DNA of 64,000 nt from Gaopeijia maritima (GTDB lineage: Bacteria; Gemmatimonadota; Gemmatimonadetes; Longimicrobiales; Gaopeijiaceae), in the NCBI RefSeq assembly GCF_038095605.1, contig NZ_CP144380.1. The stretch is one strand, 5' to 3'. The notes beneath the pieces are model-generated. The model was given only the letters and a program-made list of their open reading frames with translations, had not been told where the DNA came from and did not search any database. The translations under genes were made by a program, and so were the position numbers. Within the stretch, counting starts at the first letter, position 1. Each line of letters begins with the position of its first letter. Shown piece by piece: positions 1 through 10,633 of the stretch.

Positions 1-4
1 CGTC

Positions 5-730
5 GTGAGGGCGGGCGGTCCCCGGCTGGAGGCCGAGGGGCTCGTGCGGTCGTTCGGGGCCGCCACGGCCGTCGACGGCGTCGATTTCCGACTCGAGCCC
101 GGGCAGGTGCTCACCCTCTTCGGACCGAACGGCGCGGGCAAGACCACGCTTCTGCGACTGCTGTCGGGAAGCCTTCGCGCGGACGGCGGCACCCTGCGCC
201 TCGACGGGGCGCCGCTCGACACCCGCAGCCCGGAGTGGCAGGCGCGGGTGGGCGTGCTCTCCCACCGCGGCTTTCTCTACGCCCATCTCACCGCGCGCGA
301 GAATCTGCGGTTCTACGCCGACCTCTACGGGATCGCCGACCCGGGACCGCGGATCGAGGCGCGGCTTGCCGCGGTCGGGCTGGCCGACCGCGCCGACGAT
401 CGCGTGCGGGAGTTTTCGCGGGGGATGGCGCAGCGGCTGGCCCTCGCCCGCACCCTCCTGCACGACCCCGATGTGGTGCTTCTCGACGAGCCCTGGACCG
501 GGCTCGACGCCCATGCCGCCGCCGTGCTGCGCGAGACGCTGGAAGCGTTGCGCGACGGACACCGCACGGTGGTGCTCGTGACGCACAACCTGACCGAGGG
601 TCTCGAGCTGGCCGATCGCGTGGCCATCCAGGTGGGTGGGCGGTGGGCGGTCGACCTGCCCGCGTCCGAGGTGGATCCGCAGGCCTTTCCGGCCTTCTAT
701 CGGCAGGTGGTGGAGGGCGGATCCCCGTGA
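5..730 (+). CDS. ccmA: ABC transporter ATP-binding protein, heme exporter CcmA-like
   Basis: Walker A motif GPNGAGKTT, ABC signature and Walker B (LLDEP); followed by CcmB/CcmC-like genes; window edge may truncate the true 5' end. Confidence 0.75.
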   Translation: MRAGGPRLEAEGLVRSFGAATAVDGVDFRLEPGQVLTLFGPNGAGKTTLLRLLSGSLRADGGTLRLDGAPLDTRSPEWQARVGVLSHRGFLYAHLTARENLRFYADLYGIADPGPRIEARLAAVGLADRADDRVREFSRGMAQRLALARTLLHDPDVVLLDEPWTGLDAHAAAVLRETLEALRDGHRTVVLVTHNLTEGLELADRVAIQVGGRWAVDLPASEVDPQAFPAFYRQVVEGGSP

Positions 731-1407
731 GCGCGTGGGGGAGGGGAGTGCTCGCGGTCGCGCGGAAGGATCTCGTGCAGGAGTTCCGCACCTTCCAGCG
801 GCTGGCCACCATGGGTGCCTTCACCGTCCTGGTCGGGGTGCTGTTCAGCTTCTCCTTCGATCCGGCGGCGGTCCGCGCCCAGGACGTGGCGGGCGGGCTG
901 ATCTGGATGACGCTGGTGTTCGCCGGCGTGATGGGGGTGGGCCGCACCTTCGCGCTGGAGGCCGAGGACGCGGCCTTCCAGGGGGTGTTGCTCAGCCCCG
1001 TGCCGCGCGACGCGATCTACCTGGGCAAGGTGATCGCGAACGTGGTGATCGTCTCGATCACCGTGCTGCTGATCGTGCTCGCGTTCGGGCTCTTCTTTCA
1101 GCTCGACTACGGCGCGCACCCGATCGCACTGGCGCTCACCCTGTTCAGCGGGGTGGTGGGGTTCGTGGCGCTGGCCACCCTCTTCGGCGCGGTGAGCGCG
1201 GGCACCCGTCTCGGCGAGTCGCTGCTGCCCGTGCTGCTCTTTCCCCTCGTGGTCCCCATGGTAGTTTACGGGGCCGGCGCCACGCATCGACTTCTGCTCG
1301 GTCGCCCGCTGGTGGAAGTGGAGGGCAACATTCGGATTCTCGGGGCCTTCGCCATCGGCGCAGTCGCGGTCGGGGCGGTGCTCTTCCGTCATGTGGTGGA
1401 GGACTGA
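727..1407 (+). CDS. ccmB: heme exporter protein B (CcmB) family membrane protein
   Basis: GTG start overlapping ccmA stop by 4 nt; about 6 TM segments; sequence pattern typical of CcmB (…FSFDP…GVLLSPVPR…). Confidence 0.7.
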   Translation: MSAWGRGVLAVARKDLVQEFRTFQRLATMGAFTVLVGVLFSFSFDPAAVRAQDVAGGLIWMTLVFAGVMGVGRTFALEAEDAAFQGVLLSPVPRDAIYLGKVIANVVIVSITVLLIVLAFGLFFQLDYGAHPIALALTLFSGVVGFVALATLFGAVSAGTRLGESLLPVLLFPLVVPMVVYGAGATHRLLLGRPLVEVEGNIRILGAFAIGAVAVGAVLFRHVVED

Positions 1408-2113
1408 ACTGGTGAATCGACGACCCGGTCGCGCACCGCGCGGCTCGGCCACGGCGGGAGCCGCCCTGTCGCTGGTGGGGGCGGCCCTCGTGATGACGCT
1501 GCTCTGGATGGTGTGGTTCTGGGTGCCCACCGAGGCGCTGCAGGGCGTGGTACAGCGGATCTTCTACATCCACGTGCCCTCCGCCTGGGTCGCCTTCATG
1601 GCCTTCGGGGTGGTGGCCCTCTGTTCCGCCATGTACCTCTGGCTGCGCGACGAGCGCTTCGATCGCGCGGCGGTCTCGGCGGCCGAGGGGGGGCTGATCT
1701 TCACCACCATCGTGCTCATCTCGGGACCGCTGTGGGGCAAGGTCGCCTGGGGCGCCTACTGGGTGTGGGAGCCGCGGCTCACCCTCACCCTCCTGCTCTG
1801 GTTCATCTATCTGGGCTACTTCATGGTGCGCAATGCCACGGAGAACCCGGAGCGGGGCAAGCGCTTCGCGGCGGTGGTCGGCATCGTGGGCGCCCTCGAC
1901 ATTCCGCTGATCCACGTGAGCGTGCTCTGGTTCCGCTCGCAGCACCCCCAGCCGGTGGTGCTGAGGGCCGACGGACCCTCGCTCGACGCCTCGATGGGGC
2001 TCACCCTCGGCGTCGGCTTCCTCGCCTTCACCATTCTCTTCTTCGGGCTCATGATGCTGCGCTACCGGGTCGAAACCCTCGCGCACCACGCCGCCCGACT
2101 GGAGTCCCCATGA
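1391..2113 (+). CDS. ccmC: heme exporter protein C (CcmC), cytochrome c assembly
   Basis: Tryptophan-rich WGxxWxWEPR motif (WGAYWVWEPRLT) typical of CcmC/CcmF/CcsA; multi-TM; overlaps ccmB end. Confidence 0.75.
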   Translation: MWWRTELVNRRPGRAPRGSATAGAALSLVGAALVMTLLWMVWFWVPTEALQGVVQRIFYIHVPSAWVAFMAFGVVALCSAMYLWLRDERFDRAAVSAAEGGLIFTTIVLISGPLWGKVAWGAYWVWEPRLTLTLLLWFIYLGYFMVRNATENPERGKRFAAVVGIVGALDIPLIHVSVLWFRSQHPQPVVLRADGPSLDASMGLTLGVGFLAFTILFFGLMMLRYRVETLAHHAARLESP

Positions 2114-2364
2114 TCCGCTCGAACCGCCCCGGCTCGCGCCTGTTCGCGGCCCTTCTGCTCGCGCTGCCCGTGGCACTCCTCCTGCCGATCGGCAGCCCGG
2201 TGCTGGCGCAGGCGTCGGAACTCGGCCGCCAGACGCTGGGGCGGGCCTACTGGCACGTCTTCGCCGCGTACGCCATCGGCCTGCTGCTGATCGGCGGATG
2301 GGTGGTGTCGATCGCGCGCCGACTCGCCCGTCTCGAGCGGAAGCTCCCCGACGGCGAGGGCTGA
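2110..2364 (+). CDS. small membrane protein, CcmD-like by position (signal/TM protein, 84 aa)
   Basis: ATG overlapping ccmC stop; one or two hydrophobic segments; position after ccmC matches ccmD, but it is longer than canonical CcmD, so tentative. Confidence 0.45.
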   Translation: MIRSNRPGSRLFAALLLALPVALLLPIGSPVLAQASELGRQTLGRAYWHVFAAYAIGLLLIGGWVVSIARRLARLERKLPDGEG

Positions 2365-2365
2365 G

Positions 2366-3430
2366 GTGAGCCCCGGTCCCGGCGACGAGCTGCCCGCGGT
2401 CGATCTGCGCAGCGACACCGTCACGCGACCGACGCCCGCGATGCGGCGGGCCATGGCCGAGGCCGAGGTCGGCGACGACACTCTCGGCGACGACCCCACC
2501 GTGCGGGCGCTGGAGGCGCGGGTGGCCGAGCTCCTGGGCAAGGAGGCGGCCCTCTTCTTCCCCTCGGGGGTGATGGCCAACCAGACGGCGCTCGCCGTCC
2601 AGGCGCGGTGGGGGTCGGAGGTGGTCGTGGAAGGGGGTGCCCACGTCTTTCATTTTGAAGAAGGGGCGGCTTCCGCTTTGAAGGGATTGCAGCTCCACCC
2701 GGTGCCCACGCCGGACGGAGTGCTGCGGCCCGAGCACCTCGACGCGGCGGTCCGGCCGGGCTCGCGCTACCTGCCGCGCACCTCCCTGGTGTGCATCGAG
2801 AACACCCACCTCGCCTCGGGCGGGCGGGTGATCGAGCCCGACCAGGTGAGGGCCCTGGCGGAGGCGGCGCATGCCCGCGATCTGCCGGTGCACATGGACG
2901 GTGCGCGACTATGGCATGCGGCGGCCGCGAGCGGGCGTCCCCTGACCGACTATGCCGAGCCCGTCGACACGGTGATGGTGTGTCTGAGCAAGGGCCTCGG
3001 CGCCCCGGTCGGGTCGCTGCTCGCGGGGCCGGCGGAGGTGCTCGAGGAGGCGTGGCGCGTTCGGCGCCGATTCGGCGGCGGAATGCGGCAGTCGGGGATC
3101 CTCGCCGCGGCGGGACTCCACGCGCTCGAGCACCACCTTCCCGACCTTCCGGAGACCCACGCCCGCACCCTTCGTCTGGCGGCGGCGTTCGACGCGCTTC
3201 CGGGCTTTCGAGTGGTGCCGCCGGAGACCAATGTGCTGCTCGTGGATCTGGAGCCCGGCGGACCCGATCCCACGGAGTTCTTGAATTTTCTGCGGTTCGA
3301 CAGAATTCTGATGTTGGACTTCGGGCCGCGCCGCCTCCGTGCCGTACTGCACCGAGATGTCGATTCGCCAGCAATGGCGCGCGTTCTCGACTCCCTGGCT
3401 CGCTGGGGACGGCAGGCGGGGGCGGCCTGA
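2366..3430 (+). CDS. ltaE: low-specificity L-threonine aldolase (PLP-dependent)
   Basis: Full-length similarity to the beta-eliminating lyase/threonine aldolase family (RSDTVTRPT…, SKGLGAPVGS PLP-lysine region). Confidence 0.8.
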   Translation: MSPGPGDELPAVDLRSDTVTRPTPAMRRAMAEAEVGDDTLGDDPTVRALEARVAELLGKEAALFFPSGVMANQTALAVQARWGSEVVVEGGAHVFHFEEGAASALKGLQLHPVPTPDGVLRPEHLDAAVRPGSRYLPRTSLVCIENTHLASGGRVIEPDQVRALAEAAHARDLPVHMDGARLWHAAAASGRPLTDYAEPVDTVMVCLSKGLGAPVGSLLAGPAEVLEEAWRVRRRFGGGMRQSGILAAAGLHALEHHLPDLPETHARTLRLAAAFDALPGFRVVPPETNVLLVDLEPGGPDPTEFLNFLRFDRILMLDFGPRRLRAVLHRDVDSPAMARVLDSLARWGRQAGAA

Positions 3431-3540
3431 AACGTGGCACGTTTTTCGCTATAACCTTCCCTGATCCGTCGGCGGTTCCGTTGCGAAACGCACGGCGGAG
3501 ATTCCTTTCCAATCCGATGAAGGGACGGAGGATCGATACG

Positions 3541-4968
3541 ATGAGAAACGCTCGGGGTACGACGTGGACCTCGGGGCTTCTGGCCGCGGTGGTCTTTGCT
3601 GCCACCGCCCAGGTGGCTTCGGCTCAGTCCACGAAGATGCCCAGCACTTTGCGCTATGGGTCCGGGTATCTGGACGTGCCGAGCGCCAGTGTTCTTCCCC
3701 ATCTTGCCATCCAGGGCACCTACTCCGGCTTCTGGGCTTCGCTCGAGCGCAGCCCGCTGGTGGATGACCGCGGCGTGATCGTCGGGTCGGATCCGGATGG
3801 TCTCGACAAGTACCACAGCAACGCGTCCATCGCGCTCGGTCTGTTCGACCGGGTCGAGGTCGGTGCGTCGCTGCACTCGTTCAACGACGCCGATCAGGGC
3901 GGCAACCTCTTCGGGGCCTTCGGTCAGATCGCCCTGCTGCGGCCGGCCGCTCAGGGCCTCGGTCTCGCGGTCGGTGCCCGGTACGCCGGCGCCCCCGACT
4001 TCGACGACGGCAACGAGTACGCGCCGAACCGCCTCGGTTTCCCGGACCGCCGTCTGCTCAAGGAGTACACGAGCGGAATCACGGTCGACAACGAGCTCAC
4101 GCTCTACGCCGTGTCGTCGGTGTTCCTCCGCGGCTTCGACAGCGAGTGGTTCCCGGCTCACGACTGGACGCTGTCGCTCGGCTGGGGCAACGGGCAGTTC
4201 AACGAGGGCGAGGATCTCGACTTCTATCGCTACGCCGACTCCGAGGGCGTCTTCGCCGCGGCCGTCATGCACATGGCGCTGGGCAGCAGCACGATGCTCA
4301 ACCTCATGGGTGAGTACAACGGCTTCGATGTGAACCTCGGCGCGCAGCTCGACCTGGGTGGCTTCCGCATCGGTGCCCACCTGCTCGGTGCCAACTACCT
4401 CGAGGAGCTCAGCATCTACCGCTCCGCGAAGTTCGGCATCCTCGGCTCGATGGCGCTCTGCCCGCAGGACGGCTTCCTCTGCAAGCCGTCGCTGATGGAG
4501 CGCGAGGCCCCCGACACCGTCCGTCTCCCCGCGCCGCCGCCGGACACCGTGGTGGTCACGCGTGAGGTCGGCCGTCCGCTGCCCGAGGGCAACCCGGCCA
4601 GCATCTGTCTCGCGACCGGTCAGGATGTCGACATCCTCCTGACGGCCCAGGGCGACACCCTGGTCGGACCCGATCGCACCTCGATCCGGACCCTGCGTCC
4701 GGGCGTCGTCTTCGCCGGTACCTACGCCGATGGGCGTGCCTGGTACACCAACGACGAGTCGATCGCCTTCGAGGAAGCTTCCTACGACAAGTCGGGCGGC
4801 GAAGTCAGCCTGCAGTGCCCGAACATCATGCGCGTGGGTGAGCACATGGGTGTCCCGCTCTTCGTGATGCGGAACGCCGAGCGTCCGTTCGAGACGATCT
4901 ACGTGCCGGTCCGCCCCGGCGTCTGGCAGGCCTACCAGACCGGTCTGCAGCGCACCCGGGGGCAGTGA
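3541..4968 (+). CDS. hypothetical secreted protein (N-terminal signal peptide; Gly/Tyr/Asp-rich, possible beta-rich outer-membrane or surface protein)
   Basis: ATG 3541 followed by a signal-peptide-like sequence LLAAVVFAATAQVASAQ; long ORF in a coding-like frame; no recognisable family. Confidence 0.55.
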   Translation: MRNARGTTWTSGLLAAVVFAATAQVASAQSTKMPSTLRYGSGYLDVPSASVLPHLAIQGTYSGFWASLERSPLVDDRGVIVGSDPDGLDKYHSNASIALGLFDRVEVGASLHSFNDADQGGNLFGAFGQIALLRPAAQGLGLAVGARYAGAPDFDDGNEYAPNRLGFPDRRLLKEYTSGITVDNELTLYAVSSVFLRGFDSEWFPAHDWTLSLGWGNGQFNEGEDLDFYRYADSEGVFAAAVMHMALGSSTMLNLMGEYNGFDVNLGAQLDLGGFRIGAHLLGANYLEELSIYRSAKFGILGSMALCPQDGFLCKPSLMEREAPDTVRLPAPPPDTVVVTREVGRPLPEGNPASICLATGQDVDILLTAQGDTLVGPDRTSIRTLRPGVVFAGTYADGRAWYTNDESIAFEEASYDKSGGEVSLQCPNIMRVGEHMGVPLFVMRNAERPFETIYVPVRPGVWQAYQTGLQRTRGQ

Positions 4969-4997
4969 TCCGGGAGGGGTTTCGACCCTGAAACGAG

Positions 4998-5033
4998 GAT
5001 CGCCCGTCTCGGCTTCGGCCGGGGCGGGCGATC
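4998..5033. terminator. stem-loop with UUCG tetraloop between convergent genes (likely bidirectional, better fit for the minus-strand gene)
   Basis: GATCGCCCG…CGGGCGATC outer stem enclosing CGGC-TTCG-GCCG; the minus-strand reading is followed by a T-containing tract. Confidence 0.4.
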
Positions 5034-5078
5034 GTCGTTCGGGGGTGGGGGAGGCCGCGACGTGCGTCCCCGGGGGCT

Positions 5079-5504
5079 TCAGTGCAGGTGCCGCTCGAGC
5101 ACCCGGTTGAGAGCGTCGAGCACGGCCAGCACCGCTCCGCGCACGAGGTCGTCGTTCTCGGCGGTCTCCGCGCCGAGCAGGCGCAGACGCCGGCCGTCGT
5201 CGTCCACCTCGATCGACACCACCACCAGCCAGCTGTCGAAGGCGCGAACGGCCTTGATGCCCACGAGGTCGGGGTGGAAGTGGTCGGCGGTGGAGTCGAT
5301 CACGGCCTGAAGGGTGGCCTCGGCTCCCATCCGCAGATCGCCCTCACGCGTCATCAGTCCGCGACCCACCCCGGTGGAGCGTCGGCCCTTGTACTCCAGG
5401 GCGACCTCCACCCCGCCGCGCCCGTCGGAGCCGGGCTGGTAGTCGACCCGGGCGATGCGGAGTCGGGGTGTTTCGGAAGAGAAGGGGCGGGCCATGGACG
5501 CCAT
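5079..5504 (-). CDS. hypothetical protein (141 aa), divergent from recA
   Basis: ORF with a plausible start MASMARPF; no recognisable domain; upstream region is shared with recA. Confidence 0.45.
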   Translation of the reverse strand: MASMARPFSSETPRLRIARVDYQPGSDGRGGVEVALEYKGRRSTGVGRGLMTREGDLRMGAEATLQAVIDSTADHFHPDLVGIKAVRAFDSWLVVVSIEVDDDGRRLRLLGAETAENDDLVRGAVLAVLDALNRVLERHLH

Positions 5505-5627
5505 GATGCGGGGTCGGATCGGATACGAGCAAGTATCGGCAGATCGACGCGTCCCCGATCGGGGGTGTACGCGCCCCGAATCCCAGGCGAACGTCTGCTC
5601 GACGCCAGCCGATGGCGCGGCGACACT

Positions 5628-5655
5628 TTCGCATTATCTTCGGGTCCCTTAGAAT
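5628..5655 (+). promoter_or_regulatory. candidate sigma70-like promoter for recA (TTCGCA-N16-TAGAAT)
   Basis: -35-like TTCGCA at 5628 and -10-like TAGAAT at 5650, about 45 nt upstream of the recA ATG; no clear LexA/Cheo box seen. Confidence 0.25.
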
Positions 5656-5700
5656 GGGGCGCCGCACACTCCCTCCGCCGATCTTCCGGAGCAGACCGAC

Positions 5701-6759
<1,059 letters not shown>

Positions 6760-6912
6760 CCTCGGGCGCGGGGGACGGTCTGGGATCGGGAGGTCTTCGG
6801 GCCCCCGGGCGTGGCCGGCCCCCGCGCGCTCCATTGAGGGGGCTCCGATCGGTCGGTTATGTTGAGGGTCGCCGGTTTCTGCCCTTCCGGGCCTCCTCCA
6901 TCCGCAGGACCC

Positions 6913-9549
6913 ATGACGGCCGCCGAGATCCGCCAACGCTTCCTCGACTTCTTCGCCGAGCACGGTCACCGCGTGCGCCCCAGCGCCTCGCTGGTGCCCT
7001 CCGACGACCCGACTCTGCTGTTCACGAACGCGGGGATGGTGCCCTTCAAGCGCGTCTTCCTCGGGCTCGACGAGTTGGACTCCAAGCGGGCGGTCACCTC
7101 GCAGAAGTGCGTGCGCGCGGGCGGGAAGCACAACGACCTCGAAGAGGTGGGCAAGACGACCCGTCACCACACCTTCTTCGAGATGCTCGGCAACTTCTCC
7201 TTCGGCGACTACTTCAAGTCGGAGGCGGTCGATTTCGCATGGGCCTTCCTGGTCGGCGAGCTGGGGCTGGATCCGGAGCGTCTCGTGGTGACCGTTCACC
7301 ACACCGACGACGAGGCGGAGAAGCTGTGGATCGAGCAGGTGGGCGTCGACCCGGCGCGCATCTTCCGGCTGGGCGACAAGGACAACTTCTGGCAGATGGC
7401 CGACACCGGTCCGTGCGGCCCCTGCTCGGAGCTGCACTACGATCTGCGGCCCGAGGGTGAACGCGGCCGGCCGGTGGATCGCGACCGCTTCATCGAGATG
7501 TCCGAAGACGGGCGCTTCGTGGAGCTGTGGAACCTGGTCTTCATGCAGTTCGACCGCGACGCGGAGGGGGTGATGCATCCGCTTCCCGCCCCGTCGATCG
7601 ATACCGGGGCCGGGCTCGAGCGGCTCGCGGCGGTGCTGCAGGGCGTCGACTCCAACTTCCACACCGATCTGTTCGAGCCGCTGCTCGCGCGGGTCGCGGA
7701 GGTGGTGGGACGCCCCTACGAGCGGGAGACCGACGCGGGCGTCTCGTATCGTGTGCTCGCGGATCACGCCCGTGCCGTGGCCTTCCTTCTCGCCGACGGC
7801 GTCTTTCCGTCGAACGAGGGGCGGGGCTACGTGCTGCGCCGCATCCTGCGGCGAGCGGTCCGGCACGCCTGGCTGCTCGGACGCCGCGAGCCCACCCTGG
7901 TTCACGTGGTCGAGTCGGTGATCGACGCCATGGGCGACACCTATCCCGAGCTGCGTCAGCGCCGGGAGCACCTGCTGACCACGACGCGGGCCGAGGAGGA
8001 GCGCTTTCTCTCCACCATCGAGGGCGGGCTCGACCGGTTCGAAGAGCTCGCGCCGGCCGGTGGCACGGGTACGATCCCGGGAGACGAGGCCTTCCGCCTG
8101 TACGACACCTTCGGCTTCCCGCTCGACCTGACCGAGTTGATGGCCGAGGAGCGGGGCTGGACGGTGGACGCGAAGGGCTTCGCGCGGGCGCTCGAGGCGC
8201 AGCGGGCGCGGAGTCGTGCCGACCGCGCGGCGTCGGGCGTGGTGGTGGAGGGAGGCGAGACCTTCGAGGGATGGTCGGGATCGGAGCACGCGACCCAGTC
8301 CTTCGTGGGCTACGCCGGCGTGGAGGCGCGCAGCCCGGTGCTCGCCTGGCGGCGGGACGGCGATCGCGTGGGGCTGATTCTTCGCGACAATCCCTTCTAT
8401 CTCGAATCCGGCGGCCAGGTGTCCGACCGCGGGTCGGTGGTGGGCGACGGGTGGACGGTGACGGTGGACGACGTGCGCTCCATCGAGGGGCGCTCGGCCG
8501 TCTTCGGCACCATCGAGGGCGACTGGGGCGAGGCCCCGGGTGAGGTGGAAGCCCGCGTGGGTCGCGAGCTCCGCCACGACACGGAGCGCAACCACACCGC
8601 CACGCACCTGCTCCACGCCGCCCTTCGCGGAGTGCTCGGGGAGCACGTGGTGCAGCGGGGTTCGCTGGTGGCTCCCGATCGCCTCCGCTTCGACTTCGCG
8701 CACACGGCCCCGATGACCGTCGAGGAGCGGGCCGAGGTCGAGCGGCGCGTGAACGCCGGGATCTGGGCAGATCACCCCGTGGTGATCGACGAGATGGCGC
8801 ACGCCGATGCGGTGGCGCAGGGTGCGATGGCGCTGTTCGGCGAGAAGTACGGCGATCGCGTGCGGGTGGTCCGCATTCCCGAGGTGTCGATGGAGCTGTG
8901 CGGCGGCACGCATGTGCGGCACACGGGTGAGATCGGCCTGTTCAAGCTCGTGTCGGAGTCGGGAGTGGCCGCGGGTGTGCGGCGGGTGGAGGCCCAGACC
9001 GGACCGGGCGCCTTCCGTTACCTGGCCGACATCGAGGCCCGCCTCGACGAAGCGGCGCGCACCCTGAAGACGCAGCCCGACAACGTGGTGCACCGGGCGG
9101 AGCAGATTCTGCAGGAGAGGGCCGAGCTGGAATCGCTGCTCGACGACCTTCGGAAGGGTGGCGGTGGGGGCGAGACCGTCGTGGCCGAAGTCGCGCTCGA
9201 AACGGACGGCACGCCGTTCCAGTTGAGTGTCGTGCGCATGCGCGCTCGCGACGCCGACGATGCGCGCCGCTGGGGCGATGCCTTTCTCGAATCGGTGGAC
9301 CGTGGCGTGGCCGTCGTGGCGGCCGACCTGCCGGGCGACAAGCACTCGCTCTTCACCTTCGTGAGCGACGACCTGATCGCGCGCGGGATCCGCGCCGATG
9401 CCGTGGTGCGCGAGGTGGCCGCGGTGGCCGGTGGCCGAGGCGGCGGTCGGCCCCATCTGGCGCAGGCCGGTGTCGGCGACCCCGGTCGGGTCGACGAGGC
9501 ACTCGCCGCGGCCGAAGGCGTCGTGCGCGCGCTGGCGGAGGCCGGATGA
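6913..9549 (+). CDS. alaS: alanine--tRNA ligase
   Basis: Start chosen at MTAAEIRQRFLDFF (canonical AlaS N-terminus); catalytic, editing (HTATHLLH) and C-terminal DHHA1-like regions present. Confidence 0.95.
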   Translation: MTAAEIRQRFLDFFAEHGHRVRPSASLVPSDDPTLLFTNAGMVPFKRVFLGLDELDSKRAVTSQKCVRAGGKHNDLEEVGKTTRHHTFFEMLGNFSFGDYFKSEAVDFAWAFLVGELGLDPERLVVTVHHTDDEAEKLWIEQVGVDPARIFRLGDKDNFWQMADTGPCGPCSELHYDLRPEGERGRPVDRDRFIEMSEDGRFVELWNLVFMQFDRDAEGVMHPLPAPSIDTGAGLERLAAVLQGVDSNFHTDLFEPLLARVAEVVGRPYERETDAGVSYRVLADHARAVAFLLADGVFPSNEGRGYVLRRILRRAVRHAWLLGRREPTLVHVVESVIDAMGDTYPELRQRREHLLTTTRAEEERFLSTIEGGLDRFEELAPAGGTGTIPGDEAFRLYDTFGFPLDLTELMAEERGWTVDAKGFARALEAQRARSRADRAASGVVVEGGETFEGWSGSEHATQSFVGYAGVEARSPVLAWRRDGDRVGLILRDNPFYLESGGQVSDRGSVVGDGWTVTVDDVRSIEGRSAVFGTIEGDWGEAPGEVEARVGRELRHDTERNHTATHLLHAALRGVLGEHVVQRGSLVAPDRLRFDFAHTAPMTVEERAEVERRVNAGIWADHPVVIDEMAHADAVAQGAMALFGEKYGDRVRVVRIPEVSMELCGGTHVRHTGEIGLFKLVSESGVAAGVRRVEAQTGPGAFRYLADIEARLDEAARTLKTQPDNVVHRAEQILQERAELESLLDDLRKGGGGGETVVAEVALETDGTPFQLSVVRMRARDADDARRWGDAFLESVDRGVAVVAADLPGDKHSLFTFVSDDLIARGIRADAVVREVAAVAGGRGGGRPHLAQAGVGDPGRVDEALAAAEGVVRALAEAG

Positions 9550-9833
9550 GCGACCGCACCCTCGCCACCTGGATCGAGTCTCGGCGCCCGCCGGTGCCGG
9601 CGGCCTTCGAGCCCTTCGTCCGGCCCCGACGGCCGGAGGCTCCGGCCTCCGTCGCCGCGCTCGTCGAGGAAGCCCGGCAGCGCCTGGCGGCGATGGAGGG
9701 CGCCGAACTGCGGGAGGGCGCCTTCCATCTCCTCGCGGCCGACGGCTTCGTGACCTGGGCCTGCGAGCGGGCCCTCGCCGAAGACGACCCGTCGGAGGCG
9801 CTGCGCGGGGTGCTCGACACACTGATCGAATGA
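9546..9833 (+). CDS. hypothetical protein (95 aa), translationally coupled to alaS
   Basis: ATG overlaps alaS stop (ATGA); the next gene start overlaps its stop; no known domain recognised. Confidence 0.45.
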   Translation: MSDRTLATWIESRRPPVPAAFEPFVRPRRPEAPASVAALVEEARQRLAAMEGAELREGAFHLLAADGFVTWACERALAEDDPSEALRGVLDTLIE

Positions 9834-10633
9834 TCGACCTGCACTCCCATCTCGTTCCCGACGTCGATGACGGCGCCCGCGGCGTCGACGGCGCCCGGGC
9901 CGCGGTGTCGCGGATGGTGGAGGCGGGGGTGCAGCGGATCGTCACCACCCCGCATTTCGACGCCTCGCTGGTGCGGGATCCCGAGCGCTTCGAGGCGCGG
10001 ATGGACGAGATGGACCGGGGCTTCACGGCCCTGCTCGAGGCCGTGGCCGAAGACCACCCCGACCTCGCGCTGGGCCGGGGCCACGAGGTGATGCTCGACG
10101 ATCCGTTTCCCGACCTGTCCGATCCCCGCCTTCGCCTCGGCGGTACCCGCTTCGTGCTGGTGGAGTGGCCGCGGCTCCGCATTCCGCCCTCCACCCCCGA
10201 GGCCATCGCGCGGATTCGTGAGCAGGGGTGGGTTCCGCTCATCGCCCACCCGGAACGCTACGAGGCGATCGGTCGCAATTTCGGGCTCGTGAGTGCATGG
10301 CGGCGAGCGGGCGCCTGCCTGCAGATGAACCACGGCTCCCTGCTGGGTCGCTACGGCGATGAAGCCCGGACCGTGGCCCGCCGACTTCTCGAGGGCGGGT
10401 GGGTCGACGTGCTGTCGTCCGACTTCCACGCTCGACCCCATCTACCCACCTTCGTGCCCGAGATCCGGGAGTGGTTCGCCGAGCGCGAACTCACGGAGGC
10501 CTTCGAGATCCTGACCGAGGTCAACCCGGCCCGGATTCTCTCCGACGAACATCCCGACGCCGTCCCCTCGGTCACGCTCGAGCGTGGGTTGTGGGATCGG
10601 ATCACCGGCTTTCTCCGTCCAGGGGACGCATGA
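9830..10633 (+). CDS. PHP-family tyrosine-protein phosphatase (CpsB/YwqE type, Mn-dependent)
   Basis: N-terminus MIDLHSHLVPDVDDG and further conserved His/Asp residues typical of CpsB/YwqE. Confidence 0.8.
   Translation: MIDLHSHLVPDVDDGARGVDGARAAVSRMVEAGVQRIVTTPHFDASLVRDPERFEARMDEMDRGFTALLEAVAEDHPDLALGRGHEVMLDDPFPDLSDPRLRLGGTRFVLVEWPRLRIPPSTPEAIARIREQGWVPLIAHPERYEAIGRNFGLVSAWRRAGACLQMNHGSLLGRYGDEARTVARRLLEGGWVDVLSSDFHARPHLPTFVPEIREWFAERELTEAFEILTEVNPARILSDEHPDAVPSVTLERGLWDRITGFLRPGDA

Noticed and set aside
5505-5700. SOS/LexA operator upstream of recA
   Set aside because: Neither a CTGT-N8-ACAG nor a Cheo-type GAAC-N4-GTTC box is present. GAACGTCTGCTC at 5590 is only a half match, so no SOS box is called.
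6760-6912. recX between recA and alaS
   Set aside because: The intergenic space is only ~150 bp with no ORF; recX is simply absent from this locus.
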